Positions 28,001-39,426 of a DNA stretch of 64,000 bases are shown piece by piece (within the stretch, counting starts at the first letter, position 1; every line of letters starts with the position of its first letter). The notes below the pieces were generated by a model that saw nothing but the letters and a program-made list of their open reading frames with translations, had not been told where the DNA came from and ran no database searches. This DNA comes from Pseudomonadota bacterium (GTDB lineage: Bacteria; Pseudomonadota; Gammaproteobacteria; Pseudomonadales; Halomonadaceae), in contig JBNJGW010000004.1 in the NCBI GenBank assembly GCA_051748005.1, positions 211 through 64,210 on the forward strand, given 5' to 3'. The translations under genes were made by a program, and so were the position numbers.

Positions 28001-29115
28001 TAGATTTCAACCAGTGCTTCAAGCGCTGAGCCGGTAGTGTCCAGCTTCAGGGTATCGGAAATGAAGGAACCACAGTCCAGATCGTTGGTGTACAGCGTTT
28101 CGATATCGGTGATACCACCCTGGGCCATGACTTCCAGCACTTCAGGGGTGATCTCGGTGTTACAGGCAACAATCAGCTCGCCGGTCTTGCGATCAATCTG
28201 ATCCTTGGCCAGCGTCTTGCCAAACAGATACTCCATCGGCACATCAAGACGCTCCAGACCGGATTTCTCCAGCTGGCGAATGTGCTTCTGAGTAATCCGG
28301 CGGCCCTCTTCAACAATCACGCTGCCATCAGCATCCTTGATGTCAAATGTCGCGGTCTCACCCCGCAGGCGTGAAGGTACAAGCTCAACAGAAAAGCCGG
28401 ACTTTTCGATGTGGAACTTGCTGGTCTCGAAGAATTCACCGAGGATTTCTTCAGTGTTCATTCCCAGGGCACGCATCAACACAGAGGCCGGCAGCTTGCG
28501 GCGACGGTCGATACGTACAAAGACGTTGTCCTTAGGATCAAACTCGAAATCCAGCCAGGAGCCACGATAAGGAATGACACGCGCTGAGTACAGCAGCTTG
28601 CCAGACGAATGGCTCTTGCCTTTATCATGATCGAAAAACACACCGGGCGAGCGGTGGAGCTGGGAAACAATAACCCGCTCGGTACCGTTAATAACGAAGG
28701 TACCGTTTTCGGTCATCAGAGGGATCTCCCCCATGTAGACTTCCTGTTCCTTGATATCCTTGATCGCCTTGTTGGATGAATCGCGATCGTAAATAATCAA
28801 GCGAACCTTGACACGCAGCGGCGCGGAGTAAGTCACGCCGCGCAGCTGACATTCCTTGACATCGAATGCCGGCGTGCCAAAGCGATAACTGACATACTCC
28901 AGCGCCGCGTTCCCCGAGAAGCTCTCAATGGGAAACACAGACTTGAACGCCGCGTGCAAGCCCACTTCGTGCCGCTCGTCGGGCGAGCGGTCTTGCTGGA
29001 GAAAACCGTAATAGGAATCAAGCTGGATGGCCAACAAGTAAGGCACATCCATTACTTGGGGCAGTTTGCCGAAATCCTTGCGGATGCGTTTTTTCTCAGT
29101 GTATGAGTAAGCCAT
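25039..29115 (-). CDS. rpoB: RNA polymerase beta subunit
   Basis: [40 protein letters not shown]. Confidence 0.99.
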   Translation of the reverse strand: MAYSYTEKKRIRKDFGKLPQVMDVPYLLAIQLDSYYGFLQQDRSPDERHEVGLHAAFKSVFPIESFSGNAALEYVSYRFGTPAFDVKECQLRGVTYSAPLRVKVRLIIYDRDSSNKAIKDIKEQEVYMGEIPLMTENGTFVINGTERVIVSQLHRSPGVFFDHDKGKSHSSGKLLYSARVIPYRGSWLDFEFDPKDNVFVRIDRRRKLPASVLMRALGMNTEEILGEFFETSKFHIEKSGFSVELVPSRLRGETATFDIKDADGSVIVEEGRRITQKHIRQLEKSGLERLDVPMEYLFGKTLAKDQIDRKTGELIVACNTEITPEVLEVMAQGGITDIETLYTNDLDCGSFISDTLKLDTTGSALEALVEIYRMMRPGEPPTKDAAETLFNNLFFSEDRYDLSNVGRMKFNRRLRREEDTGSGVLDKKDILDVLRELINIRNGFGDVDDIDHLGNRRIRCVGEMAENQFRVGLVRVERAVKERLSMAESEGLMPQDLINAKPVAAAVKEFFGSSQLSQFMDQNNPLSEVTHKRRVSALGPGGLTRERAGFEVRDVHATHYGRLCPIETPEGPNIGLINSLATYSHTNSYGFLETPYRKVNAGQVTDDIVHLSAIEEGDYVIAQASAGVDETNKLSDDLVQVRHRGETTFMRPEQVTLMDVSPRQVVSVAAALIPFLEHDDANRALMGANMQRQAVPTLRADKPLVGTGMERFVARDSGVCAVARRGGVIDSVDARRVVVRVNADEIIGGEAGVDIYNLTKYTRSNQNTCMNQRPIVRPGDDVARGDILADGPSIDMGDLALGQNMRIAFMPWNGYNFEDSILLSERVAQEDRFTTIHIQELTCVSRDTKLGPEDITADIPNVGESALSKLDEAGVVYVGAEVGPGDILVGKVTPKGETQLTPEEKLLRAIFGEKASDVKDTSLRAPTGMIGTVIDVQVFTRDGVEKDSRAIAIEQMQLDEVRKDLQETYRIAEDATFERLKQTLIGQVVNGGPQLKKGDVLDEAYLDELPRQQWFKLRIQDESCNELLAQADEQLESRRKEMDERFEDKKRKLTQGDDLAPGVLKIVKIYMAVKRRIQPGDKMAGRHGNKGVISAIMPIEDMPFDDNGEPVDVVLNPLGVPSRMNVGQILETHLGMAARGLGMKIDAMLRDAREQQVAEIRDFLGQIYNTPGTRIEDISSLTDEEVIALAKNLKGGVPMATPVFDGAQEHEIKHLLRLADIPDSGQMTLYDGRTGESFDRPVTVGYMYMLKLNHLVDDKMHARSTGSYSLVTQQPLGGKAQFGGQRFGEMEVWALEAYGAAYTLQEMLTVKSDDVEGRTKMYKNIVDGDHTMQAGMPESFNVLVKEIRSLGIDIELES

Positions 29116-29320
29116 CTGTATTCCCCAGCTTGTTCACCATGGGTGACCGGTGCGTGGTCATCTGCCCCGCGGGCGTTTCAGACGCAGACAGCAAGCTCCT
29201 AGAAGGGTAGCTCGCCGTCAAAAATCTAGAATTCGTTGCGTTGTGATGACGACGGTTAATGGTCATGCATTGTCGTGTCACTGACGCGTCTGCTGCAACA
29301 GCGCTAGTGCTGTTGTAACA

Positions 29321-29357
29321 GAAAAAGGCCGGCAGCGGGAATTTCCCGCCGCCAGCC
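29321..29357 (-). terminator. rplL-rpoB attenuator hairpin (P26-like)
   Basis: GGCTGGCGGCGGGA-AAT-TCCCGCTGCCGGCC-TTTTTC at the conserved position. Confidence 0.75.
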
Positions 29358-29395
29358 GCGGAAGTTTACGCAGCGCGTAAAGCCCGAGCCATTGA

Positions 29396-29767
29396 TTACT
29401 TGAGCTCGACGCTTGCGCCCGCTTCTTCCAGCTTCGCCTTGGCTGCTTCAGCATCGTCCTTGGACATTGCTTCTTTGATAGTTGCCGGAGCACCGTCAAC
29501 AGCGCCTTTGGCTTCTTTCAGGCCAAGACCGGTAAGCTCACGTACTGCCTTGATGACGTTAACTTTCTTGTCACCAGCAGCAGTCAGCACCAGGTCAAAT
29601 TCAGTCTGCTCTTCAGCTGCTTCTTCGCCGCCGCCACCAGGGCCAGCAACAACAGCCGCTGCTGCAGAAACGCCGAATTTCTCTTCCATTGCTTCGATCA
29701 GTTCAGCAACTTCCATCACAGACATTTCAGCGACGGCGTTGATGATATCGTCTTTGGTCAGTGCCAT
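29396..29767 (-). CDS. rplL: 50S ribosomal protein bL12
   Basis: [31 protein letters not shown]. Confidence 0.99.
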   Translation of the reverse strand: MALTKDDIINAVAEMSVMEVAELIEAMEEKFGVSAAAAVVAGPGGGGEEAAEEQTEFDLVLTAAGDKKVNVIKAVRELTGLGLKEAKGAVDGAPATIKEAMSKDDAEAAKAKLEEAGASVELK

Positions 29768-29864
29768 TGTTTCATTCCTAACTTTGCGGGAGTCTCGGTA
29801 ACCCGATGACTCAGGGTTCATTGCTCGTATCAGGCAGCGCTATGCCACCCGCAGAAAGAGTGGC

Positions 29865-30368
29865 TTATGCCGCTTCTTCCTGCTTCTGGTCGCGCAGAGC
29901 GGCCAGAGTACGAACCAGCTTGCCAGCGGAAGCTTCTTTCATTACCGACATCAGTTTGGCAATTGCCTCATCGTAGGTCGGTAGGGTTGCCAGACGGTCG
30001 ATGTCAGCAGCCGGAATCAGCTCACCTTCGTAGGCCAGTGCCTTAACTTCGAAGTTCTGATCCTTTTTGGCGAACTCTTTGAACAAGCGAGCGGCAGCGC
30101 CCGGATGATCAGTAGAGAATGCCAGCAAGGTAGGACCTACAAAGCTCTCGTTCAGGCACTCCCATTGAGTACCTTCGAGGGCACGGCGTGCCAGGGTGTT
30201 GCGGACAACACGTACCTGAACGCCATTCTCACGCGCCTGCTTGCGCAGATCGGTCATCTTGCTGACCGGCACGCCGCGAGAATCGGCAACTACGACGGAG
30301 AGTGCGTCCTTAGCCGCTTCACTGACCTCGGCAACAATCGCTTTCTTGCCTTCAAGTGCTAGTGGCAC
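29865..30368 (-). CDS. rplJ: 50S ribosomal protein uL10
   Basis: GTG start after GGAG; [24 protein letters not shown]. Confidence 0.98.
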   Translation of the reverse strand: MPLALEGKKAIVAEVSEAAKDALSVVVADSRGVPVSKMTDLRKQARENGVQVRVVRNTLARRALEGTQWECLNESFVGPTLLAFSTDHPGAAARLFKEFAKKDQNFEVKALAYEGELIPAADIDRLATLPTYDEAIAKLMSVMKEASAGKLVRTLAALRDQKQEEAA

Positions 30369-30530
30369 AGTGATCACTCCTTCGTGCCGAAACCTAAAAG
30401 CAGGTTCCGGTGGTTACCATCTCTTCCAACTCATCGGGGCTCTCGCCCATCCTGATGACGCCGGAAGCCTAAGGGATGGTGCTCACCAGAGATCGGCTTA
30501 GCTGAAAAGCGTCTACCAACTGGCGGCAAC

Positions 30531-30597
30531 ACCATCTGCGCAGGTGATTCTCATCATTAAGTTACGCTTGACGCGTACCGCCTGCGGTCTTTGACGG
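30531..30597 (-). promoter_or_regulatory. L10 leader (L10/L12 feedback element)
   Basis: CCGTCAAAGACCGCAGG...CTTAAT...CCTGCGCAGATGG matches the gammaproteobacterial rplJ-leader core (recalled). Confidence 0.8.
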
Positions 30598-30697
30598 CGC
30601 CCTGCCGTCAGCTCTATGGACTGGAGACAGGGACCGCAAAGTTCTTGCTCTTTTTACTGCCTTGACAACACAAGGGTCTGCAACGGGACTACTTGGC

Positions 30698-31390
30698 TTA
30701 CAGGTAAGCTGAGTGGTCGACCGTCAGGCCAGGGCCCATAGTTGTAGACAGCGTCATCTTCTTGAAGTAAATACCCTTTGAAGCGCTCGGCTTAAGCCGC
30801 TTCAGGTCACCAATCAGGGCTTCAATATTGCCCCTGATAGCGTCAGCTTCAAAATCAACCTTACCGACGGTGGTATGAATAATACCGTTCTTGTCGGTAC
30901 GGAAGCGGACCTGGCCGGCTTTGGCATTCTTGACAGCCGTTGCGACATCAGGCGTTACCGTGCCAACCTTGGGGTTAGGCATCAGGCCACGCGGGCCAAG
31001 AATCTGGCCCAGCTGACCCACGACGCGCATGGCGTCCGGCGAGGCGATGACGACGTCAAAGTCCATTACGCCTTTCTTGACCTGATCAGCCAACTCTTCC
31101 ATACCGACGATATCAGCGCCAGCTTCTTTAGCAGCATCTGCATTGGCACCCTGGGTAAAGACAGCAACACGCACATCTTTACCGGTACCGTTAGGCATGA
31201 CGGTGGCGCCACGCACTACCTGATCGGATTTACGCGGGTCTACGCCCAGGTTAATCGCAACATCCACGGATTCCTTGAACTTGACCGTGGAAAGTTCTGA
31301 CAGCAGTGCCACGGCTTCTTCAACCGAGTAGACCTTGCTGGAATCAACCTTTTCACGAATCAGCTTGGCGCGCTTAGACAGTTTAGCCAT
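30698..31390 (-). CDS. rplA: 50S ribosomal protein uL1
   Basis: [23 protein letters not shown]. Confidence 0.99.
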   Translation of the reverse strand: MAKLSKRAKLIREKVDSSKVYSVEEAVALLSELSTVKFKESVDVAINLGVDPRKSDQVVRGATVMPNGTGKDVRVAVFTQGANADAAKEAGADIVGMEELADQVKKGVMDFDVVIASPDAMRVVGQLGQILGPRGLMPNPKVGTVTPDVATAVKNAKAGQVRFRTDKNGIIHTTVGKVDFEADAIRGNIEALIGDLKRLKPSASKGIYFKKMTLSTTMGPGLTVDHSAYL

Positions 31391-31392
31391 GA

Positions 31393-31824
31393 TTACAGAC
31401 CCTCCACGTTTAGGCCCATGCTGCGAGCGCTGCCCGCAATGGTGCGCACAGCGGCGTCAAGATCGGCAGCCGTCATATCAGGCTCTTTGGTCTTGGCGAT
31501 TTCCTCAAGCTGCTCACGGGTCACCGTGCCAACCTTCTTCTTGTTCGGCTCACCAGAACCGGACTTGATACCTGCAGCTTTCTTGAGCAGCACGGCAGCA
31601 GGCGGTGTCTTGGTGACGAAGGTGAAGCTACGGTCAGAATAGACAGTAATCACGACAGGCGTCGGCAGGCCAGGCTCGATGTCCTGAGTCTCGGCGTTAA
31701 ACGCTTTACAGAATTCCATGATGTTAACGCCGTGCTGACCCAGCGCAGGACCCACGGGCGGACTTGGATTGGCTTTACCAGCTGCAACCTGCAGCTTGAT
31801 GTAAGCCTGTACTTTCTTGGCCAT
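31393..31824 (-). CDS. rplK: 50S ribosomal protein uL11
   Basis: [23 protein letters not shown]. Confidence 0.99.
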   Translation of the reverse strand: MAKKVQAYIKLQVAAGKANPSPPVGPALGQHGVNIMEFCKAFNAETQDIEPGLPTPVVITVYSDRSFTFVTKTPPAAVLLKKAAGIKSGSGEPNKKKVGTVTREQLEEIAKTKEPDMTAADLDAAVRTIAGSARSMGLNVEGL

Positions 31825-31838
31825 AATTTACTCCAGTT

Positions 31839-31862
31839 GGGTATAACGCCTTGCGGCTCCCC
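31839..31862 (-). promoter_or_regulatory. uL1-binding leader upstream of rplK
   Basis: GGGGAGCC-GCAA-GGCGTTATACCC just before the SD; matches the known L1 target pattern GGGAGCC...GGCG...CCC. Confidence 0.8.
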
Positions 31863-32006
31863 GATGACATTTGGCCGCCATGTGACGACCAATGAAAAAC
31901 TGACAATTATTTATCAAAACCGTTTACTGGTTAAAACTACTTACCAGTCAAAACCATGCAAACCGCCGCGACAGCCAACCAGAGTCAGCTTCTCAGCGGC
32001 GTAAAA

Positions 32007-32540
32007 CTATTCTTTTTCTACCTGAGAGAACTCAAGTTCGACGGGTGTTGAACGCCCAAAGATCAGCACGCTGACATGCAGACGACTTTTCTCATAATTG
32101 ACTTCTTCAACGACGCCATTGAAATCTGCAAAGGGCCCGTCAACCACACGAACAGACTGACCTGGCTCGAACATTGTCTTGGGACGCGGCTTATCCACAC
32201 CGTCCTTGACACGATTCAATATAGCGTCCGCTTCACGAGTAGTAATAGGCGCCGGCTTTTCCTTGGTGCCACCAATAAAACCCATTACCCGGGGTGTTTC
32301 ATTCACCAGGTGCCAGGTGTCATCGGCCATTTCCATCTCGACCAGCACGTAGCCAGGATAAAATTTACGCTCACTCTTGCGGCGCTTGCCATCACGAACT
32401 TCAACAACTTCTTCGGTCGGCACCAGAATCTCGCCGAAACGATCTTCCACTCCGTACATCTTGACCCGCTCAAGGAGCGAACGCATGACATGCTTTTCAA
32501 AGCCGGAATAGGCGTGAACGACGTACCAACGCTTGGACAT
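32007..32540 (-). CDS. nusG: Transcription factor NusG
   Basis: [43 protein letters not shown]. Confidence 0.99.
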   Translation of the reverse strand: MSKRWYVVHAYSGFEKHVMRSLLERVKMYGVEDRFGEILVPTEEVVEVRDGKRRKSERKFYPGYVLVEMEMADDTWHLVNETPRVMGFIGGTKEKPAPITTREADAILNRVKDGVDKPRPKTMFEPGQSVRVVDGPFADFNGVVEEVNYEKSRLHVSVLIFGRSTPVELEFSQVEKE

Positions 32541-32548
32541 GAAAACTC

Positions 32549-32932
32549 CTAACCGATAACGCCGGACATCGCCCAGCTGAGAAGCGTGTCAATCAACCAC
32601 AACATCAGGCCAACCACGAGAACAGCCGCTAACACGATAGCGGTTGTCTGAACTGTTTCAGGGCGCGTTGGCCATACGACGCGCTGAATCTCTTTCTTGG
32701 CCTCTTGAGCCAGAACAACAAGATTCTTGCCCTTCTCGGTCATCAGCGCGACTGCTCCAGCCGCAGCACAGAGCACAACAACACCAAGGACACGATAGAG
32801 CAGGGCCACGTCGGCAAAAAAGGTGTTACCAACCACGGCTGCTAACAAAAGCGCTACGACCGCTGCCCATTTGAGCCCGTCATGACGCGACTGTTGTACC
32901 TCAGCGCCATGCTTTACAGAATTAGGCTTCAT
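32549..32932 (-). CDS. secE: Preprotein translocase SecE
   Basis: Three TM segments, [13 protein letters not shown]; ATG at 32932 after GGAG. Confidence 0.96.
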   Translation of the reverse strand: MKPNSVKHGAEVQQSRHDGLKWAAVVALLLAAVVGNTFFADVALLYRVLGVVVLCAAAGAVALMTEKGKNLVVLAQEAKKEIQRVVWPTRPETVQTTAIVLAAVLVVGLMLWLIDTLLSWAMSGVIG

Positions 32933-33002
32933 AAAACGAGACTCCCTAGGGTACAGCGAACGATAAAGGAATTCTTGAGAGGCACGCCAACTTGAGGGAA
33001 GT

Positions 33003-33078
<76 letters not shown>

Positions 33079-33126
33079 GTATCGTGCTGAACGAACAGAT
33101 AAGACACCTGTTCAATAGCGGGCGCC

Positions 33127-33155
33127 ATCATAGCGAAGGACTCACTAATTGACAA
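33127..33155 (-). promoter_or_regulatory. sigma70 promoter for tRNA-Trp-secE-nusG
   Basis: TTGTCA-17 bp-TATGAT followed by GGCGCCCGC discriminator. Confidence 0.8.
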
Positions 33156-33210
33156 CCCTTATCTGCACTTTCAGCTCACTTTAACCAAAAGATGCGCTGA
33201 AGACAGTGAC

Positions 33211-33236
33211 AAAAAAAGCGAGCCAGGCTCGCTTTT
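33211..33236 (-). terminator. Terminator after tRNA-Thr
   Basis: AAAAGCGAGC-CAG-GCTCGCTTTT palindrome with T7 tract on the minus strand. Confidence 0.8.
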
Positions 33237-33246
33237 CTCGAATTTA

Positions 33247-33321
33247 TGGAGCTCATGGACGGAATTGAACCGTCGACCTCACCCTTACCAAGGGTGTGCT
33301 CTACCCCTGAGCTACATGAGC
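33247..33321 (-). tRNA. tRNA-Thr (GGT)
   Basis: GCTCATG acceptor stem, anticodon loop TTGGTAA, GTTCAATT, encoded CCA. Confidence 0.98.
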
Positions 33322-33384
33322 ATATCGCACAAAACTCCATGCAGAAACATTACTCTGGCTTCTGCACAAAGCCTACACAAACTC

Positions 33385-33458
<74 letters not shown>

Positions 33459-33516
33459 TTTACAGTAATGCCAGACCGAAAGGCGTAGCTTTATGCGCAT
33501 CACTGTCAATCAATTC

Positions 33517-33600
<84 letters not shown>

Positions 33601-33613
33601 AACATGGCGGCAC

Positions 33614-33641
33614 ATTGTGCCCTATTCCAGGAAAGTGTCAA
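33614..33641 (-). promoter_or_regulatory. Stable-RNA promoter for tRNA-Tyr-Gly-Thr
   Basis: TTGACA-16 bp-CACAAT followed by GTGCCGCC discriminator. Confidence 0.75.
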
Positions 33642-33750
33642 CCTTTAATTTGCCAACTTCGCCAGGTGCTGCTTGGCGGAATTTACTGAAGCAGATGACT
33701 GCAACAGACACATTGGCATAACTTCTCGCCTTGGAACGCGCAGCATTGTG

Positions 33751-34590
33751 TCAAAGGAGCATTGAGAATGCAAGCCCTGCACGTATTTTTTCAAGCGAAA
33801 CCGGATTTGGCACCCCAGGCGCTCCCGACATCCGACCCGCTCGCTCGGCTGGCGTCAACGGAAAACTGGCTTCAAGCCCACCATAGACCATATCTGGCCA
33901 GACCGCATGCGGCACCTGAACGCCTCTGGAGACAACCCGGGCATCACCACCGGTCAGCAGCATCGGCAGCGCCACGTCCTGCTGGTCACACACCTCACTG
34001 TAAATACGGTTAATAGCACTGACAGCCGCCATATAGATACCGTGATTGACCGCCTCCACGGTGCGCCTGCCTGGTTCCAGCAATTCCGCCGCCTCGCTTT
34101 CAGGGTCAATGGCCACGTTGCGCGTTCCCAGCTTGAGGCTTTCCTTCATCAGCCTCAGACCAGGAATGATATACCCCCCCAGGTGATGTCCACCTGGAAC
34201 AACAAAATCGACGGTAATAGCACTGCCGCAATCCACCGCACAGCAGCCACCTGCCAGCTGATATCCCGCCAGCGCCCCCATCCAGCGGTCAACCCCCAAA
34301 CGGTTTGGTTCATCATAGCCATTGATAACCCCCAGGGCCTCACGGGTCGAGCTGGCGACAAAGACATTGGGCACTCTACGGCGAAGCAGGCTGACAGTGT
34401 CATCCAGCACGGCCTTGCGCGCCACGCTGGAAATACGCACCGACTCCACCACATCAAGATCCGGGATATCCGCACCTGGCCGCCATTCCTCGCGCGTCCA
34501 GACAGCACCTCGCGAACGGATTTCACTGCTATCAACGTCTTTCAGGCGCCATTTGGACAAGGTATTGCCAATATCAAGATCAAGAATCAT
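33751..34590 (-). CDS. coaX: Type III pantothenate kinase
   Basis: LDIGNT, LGVDRW, VDCGSAITVD, GGYIIPG, LTGGDA; overlaps the birA stop. Confidence 0.95.
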   Translation of the reverse strand: MILDLDIGNTLSKWRLKDVDSSEIRSRGAVWTREEWRPGADIPDLDVVESVRISSVARKAVLDDTVSLLRRRVPNVFVASSTREALGVINGYDEPNRLGVDRWMGALAGYQLAGGCCAVDCGSAITVDFVVPGGHHLGGYIIPGLRLMKESLKLGTRNVAIDPESEAAELLEPGRRTVEAVNHGIYMAAVSAINRIYSEVCDQQDVALPMLLTGGDARVVSRGVQVPHAVWPDMVYGGLEASFPLTPAERAGRMSGAPGVPNPVSLEKIRAGLAFSMLL

Positions 34591-35585
34591 AGGCGCCTGC
34601 GTATACTGATCTCGCCACCTGCAAGACGTCGCGACTGGCCATTTTCTTCACTGACCCAAAGGTTACCGCTAGCATCTACGTCCCCTGCCGTTGCTTCACA
34701 GCCCTGCTTGCCCTGCAAAATATGAATAGGTTGATTGGCAAACGCATGGCGCTGATTCCACTCAGCCTGCCAGGCCTGAAAACCACTTTTCTCGAACGTT
34801 GACAGCATGGCCAGAAGCCCTGCCACCATTTCAGCTGCCAGTTGATTGCGCCCCAGACCCGGGCAGGCGTCACTGAGGGCTGCCACCGGCTGGCCAATCG
34901 CCTGACGCTGAGCGTCATTCATGAACAGGTTCAGGCCGATACCAATCACCACTTCACACGGGCCGGCGGCATCGCCGGTCACTTCAACCAGAATACCCGC
35001 CAGTTTAGCCAGCTCACCACTACGATCAGGCAAGAGTACATCGTTGGGCCATTTGAGCATGGGTTGAGCGCCGTAGGCCTCCAGCACCTGGGCGGTCACC
35101 ACGCCCACCGCAAGGCTCAGCCCTTCAAGCGCAATCACGCCACTTTCAAAGCGCCAGCCCACCGACAATATCAGGCTCTGGCCCCAGGGCGTTACCCAAC
35201 TGCGGCCACGTCGGCCACGCCCAGCCGTCTGCGACTCCGCCAGACATACCTCACCATGGCCAGCGCCCTGCTGAAAGCGCTCGCGCAGGTAAGCATTACT
35301 TGACGCCAACTGATCCTCTACCAGCAAACGGGTCAACAGGTGACGGGCATCGGCGGGCAGGTGTGCAACAATGGCCGCACCGTCAAGTGGCTCAATCGGC
35401 TGAGCAAGCCGGTAGCCGCGACCTTTAACGGCTTCAACCGCCACCCCCATGGCGTCGAGTTTCTTCAACTGCTTCCATACGGCTGCGCGGGAAACACCCA
35501 TGGCATTGCCCAGCTGCTCGCCGGAATGCACGCTTCCATCGCTTAATAACCGCATCAAATTACCGATGGTCATAGTCATGCCCAT
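34587..35585 (-). CDS. birA: Bifunctional biotin ligase/repressor BirA
   Basis: HTH SGEQLG..VSRAAVWKQ, QTAGRGRRGR, LKWPND, KLAGILVE; start could be any Met of MGMTM. Confidence 0.96.
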   Translation of the reverse strand: MGMTMTIGNLMRLLSDGSVHSGEQLGNAMGVSRAAVWKQLKKLDAMGVAVEAVKGRGYRLAQPIEPLDGAAIVAHLPADARHLLTRLLVEDQLASSNAYLRERFQQGAGHGEVCLAESQTAGRGRRGRSWVTPWGQSLILSVGWRFESGVIALEGLSLAVGVVTAQVLEAYGAQPMLKWPNDVLLPDRSGELAKLAGILVEVTGDAAGPCEVVIGIGLNLFMNDAQRQAIGQPVAALSDACPGLGRNQLAAEMVAGLLAMLSTFEKSGFQAWQAEWNQRHAFANQPIHILQGKQGCEATAGDVDASGNLWVSEENGQSRRLAGGEISIRRRL

Positions 35586-35795
35586 GCCTGGAAAAAGCTT
35601 ATCTTACCGGATGCGCTGACACAGCGAAAACACAAGCATGCACGACCATCTGCTACAGTGGTTGGGTAACCGCGTTGATAGGGTCCTAAAAAGCCTCATC
35701 AACATCATCCCTGAACGCAGCTCTTAATACAGTGCTGGCAGTAAACCGCTTCGTACCTCTATAATGCTGCCCTATTTTTCTAGCAGGATCGTGTC

Positions 35796-37622
35796 GTGAT
35801 CGAGAACCTCCGCAATATCGCCATTATCGCCCACGTTGACCATGGTAAAACCACCCTGGTCGACAAACTCCTGAGTCAGTCGGGCACCCTGGACCGCAAA
35901 GCCGAAGGGCAGGAGCGGATCATGGATTCCAACGACCAGGAAAAAGAGCGTGGCATTACCATCCTGGCCAAGAACACCGCTATTCAGTGGCAGGACGGCG
36001 AGGGCAATGGTTACCACATCAACATTGTGGACACGCCCGGGCACGCTGATTTTGGTGGTGAGGTCGAGCGCGTCATGTCCATGGTCGACTCGGTACTCCT
36101 ACTGGTTGACGCCGTTGACGGCCCGATGCCGCAAACCCGCTTTGTTACCCAGAAAGCCTTCGCCCAGGGCCTGAAGCCGATTGTTGTGGTCAACAAGATT
36201 GACCGCCCCGGCGCGCGCCCGGACTGGGTGGTTGACCAGATTTTTGATCTTTTCGACAACCTCGGCGCTTCAGATGAACAGCTGGATTTCCCGATCATCT
36301 ACTGCTCGGCATTGAACGGTATTGCCGGCATGGATCCAGAAGAGCTGGCTGACAACATGGACCCCATGTTCCAGTCCATCGTGGATATCGTTGAGCCGCC
36401 GGCCGTTGAAATTGATGGTCCTTTCCAGATGCAGATCTCGGCGCTCGACTACAACAGCTATGTCGGCGTTATCGGCCTTGGCCGGATCAAGCGTGGCTCC
36501 GTCAAGCCCAACCAGCAGATTTCAATTATCAGCGTCGACGGCTCTACCCGTAAGGGCAAGATCGGCCAGGTGATGACCCATATGGGCCTTGAGCGCGTTC
36601 AGACCACCGAAGCGACCGCGGGTGATATCGTCTGTGTAACCGGCATCGAGGATCTGGCGATTTCTGACACGCTGTGTGATCCGGCTGCCGTTGAAGCACT
36701 GCCGCCGCTGTCAGTGGATGAGCCGACTGTCTCGATGACCTTCCAGGTCAACGATTCACCTTTTGCCGGCAGAGACGGCAAGTTCGTCACCAGCCGCAAC
36801 ATCAAGGACCGCCTGGAGCAGGAACTGATCCATAACGTTGCCTTGCGCGTGGAACAGGGCGAAACTCCGGAGAAGTTCAAGGTCTCCGGGCGCGGCGAAC
36901 TGCACCTTTCAGTACTGATTGAAACCATGCGTCGCGAAGGTTTTGAGCTGGCTGTCGGGCGCCCGGAAGTCATCATCCGGGAAATTGACGGCGAAAAGCA
37001 GGAGCCCTACGAAGAAGTCATCATCGACTGCGAAGAACAGCACCAGGGCGCCATCATGGAAGAACTGGGCTACCGCAAGGGCGAGATGACCAACATGAAC
37101 CCGGATGGCAAGGGTCGTGTACGTCTGGACTTCATCATCCCCGCTCGTGGCCTGATCGGCTTCCGCGGCCAGTTTTTGACCCTGACCTCGGGTACCGGCA
37201 TCCTCACCAGCCGCTTTGATCATTACGGCCCGCTCAAGCCCGAAGCCTCGATCGAGCGTCGCAACGGCGTTCTGGTCTCCATGGTGTCCGGCAAGGCACT
37301 GGCCTATGCCCTATATGCCCTGCAGGAGCGCGGCAAGCTGATTATCGACCATGCCACCGAGGTTTACGAGGGCATGCTGATCGGTATCAACAACCGCGCC
37401 AACGACATGGTGGTCAACCCGACCAAGGGCAAGAAGCTGGATAACATGCGTTCGACCGGTAACGATGAAAACATCGTGCTGACGCCGCCGATCAACTTTA
37501 CCCTTGAGCAGGCCATCGAATTCCTGGATTCCGATGAGCTGGTGGAAGTCACGCCAAGCCATATCCGTCTGCGCAAGAAACTTCTCAAAGAGAACGAGCG
37601 TAAACGTGCCAGCAAGAGCTGA
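35796..37622 (+). CDS. typA: Translational GTPase TypA/BipA
   Basis: [46 protein letters not shown]. Confidence 0.98.
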   Translation: MIENLRNIAIIAHVDHGKTTLVDKLLSQSGTLDRKAEGQERIMDSNDQEKERGITILAKNTAIQWQDGEGNGYHINIVDTPGHADFGGEVERVMSMVDSVLLLVDAVDGPMPQTRFVTQKAFAQGLKPIVVVNKIDRPGARPDWVVDQIFDLFDNLGASDEQLDFPIIYCSALNGIAGMDPEELADNMDPMFQSIVDIVEPPAVEIDGPFQMQISALDYNSYVGVIGLGRIKRGSVKPNQQISIISVDGSTRKGKIGQVMTHMGLERVQTTEATAGDIVCVTGIEDLAISDTLCDPAAVEALPPLSVDEPTVSMTFQVNDSPFAGRDGKFVTSRNIKDRLEQELIHNVALRVEQGETPEKFKVSGRGELHLSVLIETMRREGFELAVGRPEVIIREIDGEKQEPYEEVIIDCEEQHQGAIMEELGYRKGEMTNMNPDGKGRVRLDFIIPARGLIGFRGQFLTLTSGTGILTSRFDHYGPLKPEASIERRNGVLVSMVSGKALAYALYALQERGKLIIDHATEVYEGMLIGINNRANDMVVNPTKGKKLDNMRSTGNDENIVLTPPINFTLEQAIEFLDSDELVEVTPSHIRLRKKLLKENERKRASKS

Positions 37623-37647
37623 TCACCAGCAGTAAGGTTATCGGCCC

Positions 37648-37677
37648 AACCCGCACAGCTACTGTGCGGGTTTTTTT
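37648..37677 (+). terminator. Terminator after typA
   Basis: AACCCGCACAG-CTA-CTGTGCGGGTT-TTTTT. Confidence 0.9.
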
Positions 37678-37912
37678 ATGCCAGCCCAGCCACGAGCCAA
37701 AGCGACAACGTCACTCGACGCGATTAGCCAAACGCTGCTCTTAACGCAACCTAAACGCAGCGCGGCTAGAAAGATGCGCCAAACTGGCGCAAAGTACGCA
37801 TTTAAGCGTGACCCTATTATTCAAGCTTGGTTTAATACGCCCGCGTTAATTCATACGTTTGATATTTGTCTCCCACTGATCACACACTCCATCGCAACGG
37901 ATATTTCTGCAC

Positions 37913-39358
37913 ATGAGCGGCCAAAACGTCTGGACACATAAAGGTACATTCTTATTAGCGGCGGTCGGCTCTGCCGTTGGCCTGGGTAACCTCTGGCGCT
38001 TTCCCTATCTTACCGGTGAAAACGGTGGTGGCGCTTTTATTCTGGTCTATGCCTTGACCATCTTTGCCGTCGGCATTCCCATCCTTATTGCCGAGATCAT
38101 GCTTGGCCGCACCAGCCGTCAAAGCCCTATCATGGGCATGCGTCACCTGACCCGGACCCACCAGACATCTCGCGCCTGGGAAAGCATCGGCTGGCTGGGG
38201 GCTGCCTCGGCCTTTCTGATTCTGAGTTTTTATTCTGTGGTGGCCGGCTGGTCACTGCACTATACCTGGCAGATGCTGACCGGCAGCCTGGCCGGGGCCG
38301 ATGCGGCTACCATAGGCACAGGGTTCGAGACCCTTCTGGCTTCTCCAGGACTGATGACGCTCTATCACACCCTGTTCATCATTCTTTCTGCGCTGATTGT
38401 CGGCATGGGCATTCATAAGGGTATTGAAGGTGGGCTGCGGATTATCATGCCTGCATTGTTCGTGATCCTTCTGGTGGTCCTCGGCTACAGCATCGTCAAC
38501 GGCGATATCGGTGCTGCCGCCGAGTTCCTGTTCACTTTCAACCTGGCCGACCTGAGCCTTGAAGGCTGGCTCGAAGCCATGGGCCAGTCCTTCTTTACCC
38601 TGAGCCTGGGAATGGGCGCCATCATGGCCTACGGCGCCTACATGCCCAGCGATGTTTCTCTGACACGTACCGCCTTTGCAGTGGCCTTTGTGGATACGGC
38701 CGTAGCCCTGGTCGCCGGGTTGGCCATTTTTGCCCTGGTCTTCGGCGCCGGGCTGGAAACCGGCCAGGGTCCGGGGTTGATGTTTGTCACCATTCCGCTG
38801 GCCTTTGCCGAAATGCCGTTTGGCAGCCTGATTGGCGGCGTCTTCTTTATTCTGGTGCTGGGTGCAGCGATCAGCTCGTCGATCTCCCTGATTGAACCAG
38901 TGGCCGCCTTTCTGGTCGAGCGTTTCGATATGACCCGCCCCCAAGCAGTGGCCATTATGACCCTTGGCAGCTGGGCGCTGGGCCTTTTGACCGTGGTCAG
39001 CTTCAATGTCTGGTCAGAAGGCACGATTTTCCACGCCCTGTTCGGGCGCAGCGCCTTTGATCTTATCGAGCTGTTGACCAATATCTTCATGCCTCTGGGC
39101 GGCCTTCTGATTGCGCTGTTTGCCGGCTGGGCGTTGACCCAGAGTGAAGTCGCCAAGGAGCTTGGCGGTAGCCCCGCCTGGTTCAGCGTGTGGCGCTTCC
39201 TGGTGCGCTTTATTGCCCCGGCAGCCGTCGCCTTTGTGTTCCTGCGCACCCTGCCGCAAGTGGATGGTTACCTGCTACCGGCCTTTGGAGCGCTGACCAT
39301 CGTCTTGGCCGTTGCTATTGGCCGCAGCCTGCTGGTCAAACAGCCGCCGGCAGCGTGA
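37913..39358 (+). CDS. Sodium-dependent transporter (NSS/SNF family)
   Basis: GSAVGLGNLWRFPY, NGGGAF, GQSFFTLSLG, GPGLMF. Confidence 0.95.
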   Translation: MSGQNVWTHKGTFLLAAVGSAVGLGNLWRFPYLTGENGGGAFILVYALTIFAVGIPILIAEIMLGRTSRQSPIMGMRHLTRTHQTSRAWESIGWLGAASAFLILSFYSVVAGWSLHYTWQMLTGSLAGADAATIGTGFETLLASPGLMTLYHTLFIILSALIVGMGIHKGIEGGLRIIMPALFVILLVVLGYSIVNGDIGAAAEFLFTFNLADLSLEGWLEAMGQSFFTLSLGMGAIMAYGAYMPSDVSLTRTAFAVAFVDTAVALVAGLAIFALVFGAGLETGQGPGLMFVTIPLAFAEMPFGSLIGGVFFILVLGAAISSSISLIEPVAAFLVERFDMTRPQAVAIMTLGSWALGLLTVVSFNVWSEGTIFHALFGRSAFDLIELLTNIFMPLGGLLIALFAGWALTQSEVAKELGGSPAWFSVWRFLVRFIAPAAVAFVFLRTLPQVDGYLLPAFGALTIVLAVAIGRSLLVKQPPAA

Positions 39359-39426
39359 CGCCAGGCAGCAATGGACTCTGTTCAACCCCACTGACGGCAA
39401 GCGCCGTCAGTGGCTGAGGATTCGCT

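Noticed and set aside
37785-37800. Possible sigma54 promoter TGGCGC-AAAGT-ACGCA upstream of the NSS transporter
   Set aside because: GG-N10-GC spacing fits, but the -12 box lacks TT and the motif is part of a small palindrome; too weak to call.
37678-37941. 87-aa ORF between typA and the NSS gene
   Set aside because: Starts at the end of the terminator T-tract, has no SD or motifs, and overlaps the likely promoter region.
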